Shown here piece after piece: positions 27,075 through 32,612 of a stretch of DNA of 32,612 nucleotides. The DNA is from an uncultured archaeon (GTDB lineage Archaea > Asgardarchaeota > Lokiarchaeia > Sigyniarchaeales > SOKP01). The stretch's first letter is position 1. Every line of letters begins with the position of its first letter. The notes below the pieces were generated by a model, which saw only the letters and a list, made by a program, of their open reading frames with translations, was not told the DNA's origin and did not search any database. The stretch is taken from positions 3,877 through 36,488 of the forward strand of contig CAYUTF010000024.1 of NCBI GenBank assembly GCA_964447495.1, read 5' to 3'. Made by a program: the position numbers and the translations under genes.

Positions 27075-28307
27075 ATGAAAGGAATAATGAAGTATTTTAT
27101 TTTAAAGCAGTATAATTTAATATTGATTCGGTATGGGGAAGTCTGGCTGAAATCCCAGAGGGTAAAAATCCGAATGCTAAACTATTTAATGACAAATATT
27201 AAAACTATGCTTAAAAGAAACGAAATTCCCTTTCATAAGTATCAACTCAGTAAAGATTCTTCACGAATTTTTTTCTTTTTTGCCAATGAGCAGCTTTCCA
27301 ATGCTTTAGAAGTAATCCAAAAGGTGTTTGGGGTTCATTCCTTTAGTCCTGCTTTAAGAACTTCAAATAAAATAGATAATATTATTGAAAAAACTCTTGA
27401 AGTAGCTCAAGACGTTTTAGAAAAGAATGATACGTTTGCATTGCGCATAAAGAGATCCGGAACCCATGAGTATAGTTCATTGGATGTGGCAAGAATAGTA
27501 GGAAAAGAAATAATTGAACACTTTTCCGACTTAAATTTAAAAGTTAATCTCTCAAGTCCTCAGAAAAAAATCTTTATAGAAATTCGAGATGATTTTTCTT
27601 ATATTTTTACCAATATCTATGAAACTGAATGGGGTGGTTTACCAATTGAACCTCAAAAGAAGATTTTAGTAATGGATGTAGGTAGATTAGGAGATTTGAT
27701 CGCAGGTTTTTTATTGATGCGTCGGGGAAGTAAAATTTACCCACTGCTATTTGATTTGAATAATGATAATGAAACGTTCAATACCTGGCTCTCGAATTGG
27801 AATAAAATTTTAGATTATATCCCTTTTAACGATTTCAAGGTCTTCAAGATTAACTTAACTCCACTATTTGATAAAATCATTTCTAAATTGGATAAAAAAG
27901 AATATATTTGCGCTATTTGTCGCCTTTTAAGATTTCAAATAATTCCTCAAGTTATTGAGAGCACGGAAGATAAGGAATTAAAAAAAGTAAGAGCCATTAC
28001 TGATGGTTTAAGCTTTAACAATTCTTCTTTTTGTTATGATGATATTGATTTAAATTCAATATCTTTAAATTATCTCTTCTCAACTTATCCAATTTTCACT
28101 CCAGTAATTAGTTTTTCCTTAAATGATATAAATTCAATTATAAAAAAGATATCCAAGAATTTAATTAAACTAGATTATTGTAAGTATAAACCACAAGATC
28201 AGAAATTTGATAAAGAGTTGGCACAAAAAGAGTTTGAAAACCTTAATATTAAAGAAACAATAGACGATATTGCAACTTTCATTGAAGAAATAAATCTGAA
28301 TGGATAG
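27075..28307 (+). CDS. thiI: ThiI-like THUMP-domain protein (tRNA 4-thiouridine synthase family) with degenerate PP-loop
   Basis: LIRYGEVWLKS, VFGVHSFSPA, TFALRIKRSG.H.YSS, VNLSSP, GGLP, LMRRG, CAIC. The canonical SGGxDS is replaced by VGRLGD. The start may be the second Met. Confidence 0.8.
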   Translation: MKGIMKYFILKQYNLILIRYGEVWLKSQRVKIRMLNYLMTNIKTMLKRNEIPFHKYQLSKDSSRIFFFFANEQLSNALEVIQKVFGVHSFSPALRTSNKIDNIIEKTLEVAQDVLEKNDTFALRIKRSGTHEYSSLDVARIVGKEIIEHFSDLNLKVNLSSPQKKIFIEIRDDFSYIFTNIYETEWGGLPIEPQKKILVMDVGRLGDLIAGFLLMRRGSKIYPLLFDLNNDNETFNTWLSNWNKILDYIPFNDFKVFKINLTPLFDKIISKLDKKEYICAICRLLRFQIIPQVIESTEDKELKKVRAITDGLSFNNSSFCYDDIDLNSISLNYLFSTYPIFTPVISFSLNDINSIIKKISKNLIKLDYCKYKPQDQKFDKELAQKEFENLNIKETIDDIATFIEEINLNG

Positions 28308-28419
28308 AGAGGTTCGATCTGTTATATTATATTAGATTAAACTTTATTACATAGGCATTTTTAGATCAATATGATTAAGGAATAATAATTCATTGTTAAA
28401 AAATTCACTTCGAATAACC

Positions 28420-28701
28420 ATGGTAAAGGTAGAACTAAATCTATTAAATATTTTTGCGTTGAGAATTAAGAAGCAAAAATTACATTATGAAGGAAAGTCT
28501 ATTGGCGATATTATTACACTTTTTTTGAACGAATATAAAGACCAACTAGATGAGTCAATACTAAGCAAAGATAAAAAAAAACTTAGCCCTCAGATGGTCA
28601 TTTTGCTCAATGGTAGAAATATATCTTATCTCAAGAATTATAAGACAAAATTAGATGAGGGAGATAAGCTCTATATTTCATTTCCTATTTCTGGAGGTTA
28701 A
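28420..28701 (+). CDS. Ubiquitin-like beta-grasp protein (MoaD/ThiS/SAMP/Urm1 family)
   Basis: ILLNGRNI...TKLDEGDKL.I.FPISGG-stop. ATG 28420 is a more plausible start than TTG 28393. Confidence 0.9.
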   Translation: MVKVELNLLNIFALRIKKQKLHYEGKSIGDIITLFLNEYKDQLDESILSKDKKKLSPQMVILLNGRNISYLKNYKTKLDEGDKLYISFPISGG

Positions 28702-28746
28702 CCACGCTTTTTTTATAAAATGACATAAAGCAAGCATAATTCAAGA

Positions 28747-28768
28747 TTTTCACATGAAAATGTGAAAA
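28747..28768. repeat. Perfect 9-bp inverted repeat TTTTCACAT-GAAA-ATGTGAAAA
   Basis: Read directly; lies between the Ubl and GTPase genes. Confidence 0.7.
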
Positions 28769-28842
28769 GATTAATAAATTTCTAATACAATTAATATTTT
28801 GTAAGAATTTTACGAATAAGTAATTTTAGGTGATGCAATGTA

Positions 28843-29775
28843 ATGAAAAAGCTTGCTTTTATGGGGTTGGATGAAGCAGGTAAAACTAGCATTATAACAG
28901 CAATAACAAGGAAGTTTGGTTTTGAGGAAGAAGTATTTAAGTTGATGCCAACACGAAGAATAGTTCGGGATGCATTCAAATTTTTAGGTGTAGAGTTCAT
29001 AAGGATGGATTTTGGTGGTCAATCCCAATATAGAGAAGAATATCTAAAAAATCCCTCGAAGTATATTTCAGGAACAGATCTCATATACTATGTCATCGAC
29101 GCTCAGAATTTTGATAGATACGTAGAGTCAATTGACTATTTAGACGAAATATTATTATATTTAAAGGAAGAAAGAGAATATCCTCCAATTTGTATATTAT
29201 TTCATAAATTTGATCCTCAAATTATAAAAGATAAGCTGATAAACCAAAGAATTCTAACATTAAAACAAGCTTTAACCCGATATTCACATGATTATACTAT
29301 TTTCTTTTTTGAAACTTCGATTTATGATATAAAATCAATAATGGACGCTTTTTCAAGTGGATTATCGCTCTTATTTGACAATATCCAGATGATTTCCCAA
29401 TTATTTACTGAAATTAGCAAGAATTATAATGCAATACTAATTGCTTTATTTGATGCAAAAGGAATAACCATAGGTGAATATTATCGCCCACATTTACATC
29501 TGCGGGAGAAAATGAGAATCTATGATAAATATTTAGAAGTGCAGAAAAAAATTATTTCTGAAAACAGGACATTATTGGAATTTTCTGATAAATTTGACGA
29601 TGGAGATCGTTATTCAGGAATTGTAGAGGTTCTTAATTTTAGTAATTTAGATTTTTATTTATTGTTCATTGTAGAGGAAAATGCGAAAGATTTAGGGAAG
29701 ACCGTTCAGATTTTGGATAAAATTGAAGCCGCAAAACCCCAAATGGAAAATTTAATACTACAACTCATACAATAA
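28843..29775 (+). CDS. Rag/Gtr-like (Arf-related) small GTPase with C-terminal roadblock/longin-like domain
   Basis: G1 GLDEAGKTS, G2 PT, G3 DFGGQ, G4 HKFD, G5 TSIYD, and about 130-aa C-terminal alpha/beta domain (ILIALFDAKGITIGEY). AGGTGA SD at 28828-28833. Confidence 0.85.
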   Translation: MKKLAFMGLDEAGKTSIITAITRKFGFEEEVFKLMPTRRIVRDAFKFLGVEFIRMDFGGQSQYREEYLKNPSKYISGTDLIYYVIDAQNFDRYVESIDYLDEILLYLKEEREYPPICILFHKFDPQIIKDKLINQRILTLKQALTRYSHDYTIFFFETSIYDIKSIMDAFSSGLSLLFDNIQMISQLFTEISKNYNAILIALFDAKGITIGEYYRPHLHLREKMRIYDKYLEVQKKIISENRTLLEFSDKFDDGDRYSGIVEVLNFSNLDFYLLFIVEENAKDLGKTVQILDKIEAAKPQMENLILQLIQ

Positions 29776-29785
29776 AGAGTTATTT

Positions 29786-30862
29786 CTACGAATTTCTAAA
29801 TTTTTTTATGAATTCTTCTATTTGTTTTTTAGTAGGTACTAATTGAGTAGTAATTTTGTATAAAGCGGTATAAGTTGCAAATTCCATACAATTGGTTAAT
29901 AGCTCTTTAAAGGTTTCTAAATTATGTTTATGATATAATTGGACTAGGTTAGTTTTATTCTCAACTAATTCCCATAATTTTGTTAAAAAACCTGCAGCAT
30001 AACAATCACCAGCACCAGTTTGGTCTACAATATCGTCTAATTGGATAGAAGGATATGACAATTGAATATTATCTGTAATTAAATGAGAACCTTCTTTACC
30101 TGCAGTATATATTCGAATTTTAGCAAACTTTTCGAAAAACTTGTCGCTTTCAAGCAATGTTAGATTCTTTTTCAAAATTAAATTTGCATCATTTGAATTT
30201 ATGAATATTAGGTCCACTTTACAATCAATTAATTCATTGAGATGTTCATAACTATTAACTTTTTGAGCTTCGATGTTTAAACTACTAATTAATTCATACT
30301 TCGAGGTTAAATTAACTAATTCCTTGAATTTTTCGGCAATTGGAGTAATATAAACGATCTTAGTGCCCTTAAAAATGTTTTCTTCAAACTTTATCCCTTC
30401 AAAATTCATTTGAAGTTTTAAATTTTTAGCTATAAACATCTTTGTAGTGATATCCGACTTTAATATTGTGCTTATAGGAGTTAGAAGATTTTTCTTAAAT
30501 ATTGAACTAGTATCGATTCCCTGTGAATTTAACTCATCAATTATCCAATCACTTTCCTTACCGATCACAGAAATTAATTTGGTTGGTATTCCAAATCCAG
30601 CACAATATTCAGCGGTATTGTTACCATTTCCACCTCTCTTTAAAGTACAGTTGGCATTATTTTTTTTTGGAATTTCTAAAATTGCTCTTTTTATAATTTT
30701 TTTCAGTATAGGCTTATTTATGTCATCAGGATTGTATTTGATGAAGTCCTGAATATGATTTGCAGCTTTTTCTATTAGAAGGTTAAAAAACTCAGTATCA
30801 TACACTAAATCTTGATGTAGTTCGCCAATAATTATAAGATTTTTTACTGGGATATAGAACAC
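29786..30862 (-). CDS. PfkB/ribokinase-family carbohydrate kinase
   Basis: GGNGNN.A, DLIFINS.DA, T.GKEGS, DQTGAGDCYAAGF. Confidence 0.92.
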   Translation of the reverse strand: MFYIPVKNLIIIGELHQDLVYDTEFFNLLIEKAANHIQDFIKYNPDDINKPILKKIIKRAILEIPKKNNANCTLKRGGNGNNTAEYCAGFGIPTKLISVIGKESDWIIDELNSQGIDTSSIFKKNLLTPISTILKSDITTKMFIAKNLKLQMNFEGIKFEENIFKGTKIVYITPIAEKFKELVNLTSKYELISSLNIEAQKVNSYEHLNELIDCKVDLIFINSNDANLILKKNLTLLESDKFFEKFAKIRIYTAGKEGSHLITDNIQLSYPSIQLDDIVDQTGAGDCYAAGFLTKLWELVENKTNLVQLYHKHNLETFKELLTNCMEFATYTALYKITTQLVPTKKQIEEFIKKFRNS

Positions 30863-30882
30863 CTCTCTATAAAAGACATAAA

Positions 30883-30983
30883 CGCAGATGGAGGGATTCG
30901 AACCCCCGAACGCTTGCGCGCACCGGCTTAGTCGGGCTATTCACCTCTCGAAGCCGGCGTCTTACCAGCTAGGCTACATCTGC
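30883..30983 (-). tRNA. tRNA-Ser(CGA) with an 18-nt intron at position 37/38
   Basis: Acceptor GCAGATG/CATCTGC with G73. Anticodon stem CCGGC/GCCGG, anticodon CGA at 30950-30948, intron 30946-30929. Long variable arm GCGC-GCAA-GCGT. T-arm GGGGG-TTCGAAT-CCCTC. CCA is not encoded. Confidence 0.95.
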
Positions 30984-31135
30984 TTATTATTTCTCGGTAT
31001 TTAAATGAGATTAATATGAAAGAATATAATGCTCTAAATTTTAAATATGAGTGATTCTAATAAAAAGTTGTTTTTTTCATAAAAAATCTAAAATTTAAAA
31101 AGAACTTCCAATTATATTTATCCTACGCCAAAGAA

Positions 31136-31435
31136 TTAGCTATTTGGGATATAAATTTTTAATTTTAAAGTTGAATCCAATAATTTAATTAATCCTTCTT
31201 CTTCATATTGGTATAATAATAATTTTGCAGTAGAGAGGCGTATATCGTATCTTAAAGCAATATCAGATGCTAAAATGGATTTTCTCTTCTTTAAGGATTC
31301 TCTTATTTCTTTCTCAAAAGCTTTAGGGAGGAATGCATCCCGCTCAACTACATTGATTTGTTTCGTTCTACCGTACTTCCTTCTCAAATTGAGAGTTGCT
31401 TTTCTTACTAATATCTTTTCTTCTTTTTCTGACAA
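31136..31435 (-). CDS. rps25e: 30S ribosomal protein eS25 (S25e)-like winged-helix protein
   Basis: Basic N-terminus (RRKYGRTK), then 'KSILASDIALRYDIRLSTAKLLL...EEEGLIKLL......IY', parallel to eS25 K.ITP...aer..I..S.A...L..L...GLIKLV.....IY. Confidence 0.75.
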   Translation of the reverse strand: MSEKEEKILVRKATLNLRRKYGRTKQINVVERDAFLPKAFEKEIRESLKKRKSILASDIALRYDIRLSTAKLLLYQYEEEGLIKLLDSTLKLKIYIPNS

Positions 31436-31524
31436 GAAAAATCACAAATTAATATGAATAATTGATGTAAATCTATATTGAAAATGAAATGATTAAATTC
31501 TAATAAAATTTATTATTTTAAACT

Positions 31525-31556
31525 AATTGAAAATTGAAATGAACTAATTTTCAATT
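31525..31556. promoter_or_regulatory. 11-bp inverted repeat AATTGAAAATT-N10-AATTTTCAATT in the divergent eS25/methyltransferase promoter region
   Basis: The perfect inverted repeat is read directly. Regulatory function is inferred from position. Confidence 0.45.
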
Positions 31557-31583
31557 TACTATTATAAAATAAGGTTTTTATTT

Positions 31584-32216
31584 TTGTCATTTGATTATCA
31601 TTTCCATGTGAAAAAAGAGAGGCCAGAGGATATATACAAGGATGTAAGAGAGTATTATAATGATGAAAAGCTCTTTAACTATGCTACCTCAAAAAATATG
31701 ATGAGAATACAGGAAAAAATTACAAAACGAGTAGTAGAGTTATTAAATTTTATTGATAATAATAAATTAATTTTAGATGCAGGGTGCGGTCCTGGTTTCG
31801 CCTCATTTTATATGCAAAAACAAGGTTACAAAATTGTTTCATTAGATTTAATAGATGCATTTCTCAAAGTTTATGATATGTCAGATCTAAATCCCATAAC
31901 GGGTGATATGAGCTATTGTGCATTTAGACCTAATACATTTGATGGCATTATTTCTATTTCGGCATTACAATGGATTTACTCAAATTTACATAAATTAGAA
32001 GCCAAAAAGAGAATGATAGATTTAGTAAAATCATTCTTTTTTATATTAAAGAAGAAAGGGACTATTATTATTCAATTTTATCCTAAAAATTCAGAAATGA
32101 TGAAAGAAATTGGAAAGATATTTATTGATTACGCTCCATTTGAAGGAGGGTATATAATTGACAATGTAGAGACCCCTAAAAAGCGAAAAATTTTTTTAAA
32201 ACTCAAAAAACATTGA
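31584..32216 (+). CDS. bud23: Class I SAM-dependent methyltransferase, Bud23/WBSCR22-like (SSU rRNA m7G methyltransferase family)
   Basis: RPE...YYND...Y.....IQ.KIT.R..ELL, ILDAGCGPG, DM....FRPNTFDGIISISALQW, QFYPKN, GG.IID..ETPKKRK.FL.L. These match yeast Bud23 along the whole catalytic domain. Confidence 0.8.
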   Translation: MSFDYHFHVKKERPEDIYKDVREYYNDEKLFNYATSKNMMRIQEKITKRVVELLNFIDNNKLILDAGCGPGFASFYMQKQGYKIVSLDLIDAFLKVYDMSDLNPITGDMSYCAFRPNTFDGIISISALQWIYSNLHKLEAKKRMIDLVKSFFFILKKKGTIIIQFYPKNSEMMKEIGKIFIDYAPFEGGYIIDNVETPKKRKIFLKLKKH

Positions 32217-32356
32217 ATTTTTTATTTTATACCTAAATTATGAATTATTATTAGAAGTAAGTTTATTGAAAAGATTATAATTTTTTCTGTTTATCCTATT
32301 TAATTGATTTATTATATACTAATAGTTAAATATACGAAATGGTATTAATAGTGATA

Positions 32357-32420
32357 AAAAGTTCAACTCTTTGAACTTTTAAAAAATTTGAAAAAACATT
32401 GTTTACACAAAAAGTGTAAA
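32357..32420. promoter_or_regulatory. Two tandem palindromes: AAAAGTTCAA-CTCT-TTGAACTTTT (32357-32380) and TTTACAC-N5-GTGTAAA (32402-32420)
   Basis: Perfect inverted repeats 26-90 nt upstream of ATG 32447; candidate operators. Confidence 0.5.
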
Positions 32421-32446
32421 AAATAATTTTAAAAAGGTAATAGTCT

Positions 32447-32612
32447 ATGAATACAAAATTTAGACAGAAAGTGACAACTTTAACTATTTTATTAATAGTC
32501 TTTATCATACCGCTAAGCTTTTCGATTTTTAATTTTAATCAAGGGATAATTTTGAACCCCAGTGAACCAAGTACTAAAGTTGATAATGATATTGATGATA
32601 TAAGTGAATATA
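32447..32612 (+). CDS. 5' end of a putative secreted/membrane-anchored protein, truncated by the window end
   Basis: Open frame from ATG 32447 to the end: MNTKFRQKVTTLTILLIVFIIPLSFSIFNFNQGIILNPSEPSTKVDNDIDDISEY. Basic n-region plus hydrophobic h-region; AAGGT upstream. Not in the ORF track. Confidence 0.7.
   Translation, partial: MNTKFRQKVTTLTILLIVFIIPLSFSIFNFNQGIILNPSEPSTKVDNDIDDISEY

Noticed and set aside
27075-28307. thiI as a pseudogene
   Set aside because: The ORF is full length with no stops or frameshifts, and the THUMP-region motifs are well preserved. Only the catalytic motifs are altered.
28715-28775. Possible SECIS element (Lokiarchaeia use eukaryote-like SECIS)
   Set aside because: I found no gene with an in-frame TGA at a Cys-equivalent position (the Ubl gene ends in GG-TAA), and I could not build the SECIS core around the hairpin.
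9746-30862. Sulfoglycolysis-like gene set (glycosidase, GPH transporter, isomerase, PfkB kinase, aldolase, beta-hydroxyacid reductase)
   Set aside because: The genes are scattered over 20 kb on both strands. The glycosidase is GH2 rather than GH31, and the isomerase and aldolase belong to different families from YihS/YihT.
30883-31135. tRNA as integration site of a mobile element
   Set aside because: No integrase, transposase or duplicated tRNA 3' end seen in the window.
2501-31457. Short antisense or overlapping ORFs in the track (2501, 7734, 9119, 9342, 10318, 12176, 15993, 16680, 17316, 18411, 18536, 21518, 23407, 23752, 24633, 25010, 26583, 28791, 30447, 31275)
   Set aside because: All lie opposite or inside well-supported genes, have Ser/Ile/Phe-rich shadow composition, and show no recognisable motifs.
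32326-32508. 60-aa minus-strand ORF
   Set aside because: It overlaps the more convincing plus-strand signal-peptide ORF starting at 32447 and its upstream palindromes.

Overview
AT-rich, gene-dense archaeal DNA, most likely from an Asgard archaeon (Lokiarchaeia-like). This assignment is inferred from an archaeal histone, an intron-containing tRNA, AGGTGA/GGAGG Shine-Dalgarno motifs, and eukaryote-signature proteins (Rab-like and Rag-like GTPases). The window holds about 32 CDS (one truncated at each edge) and a tRNA-Ser(CGA) with an 18-nt intron. I saw no CRISPR array, rRNA or mobile element. Main points of interest: (1) a close homologue of the eukaryotic 18S rRNA m7G methyltransferase Bud23/WBSCR22, divergent from ribosomal protein eS25; (2) a tailed histone with a rewired DNA-binding loop pair and a degenerate tetramerisation interface; (3) a ThiI-like protein that lost its PP-loop, followed by a ubiquitin-like GG protein and a Rag-like GTPase; (4) an uncharacterised protein (DUF6206-like) with a complete cryptic protein-kinase-like motif set, heading an operon with a 2H phosphodiesterase and a HAD phosphatase; (5) a five-gene, dehydratase-less sugar(-acid) catabolic operon ending in a bacterial-type Eda aldolase; (6) tandem membrane-anchored left-handed beta-helix paralogues. 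All family assignments come from motif recognition by eye; no database searches were run.
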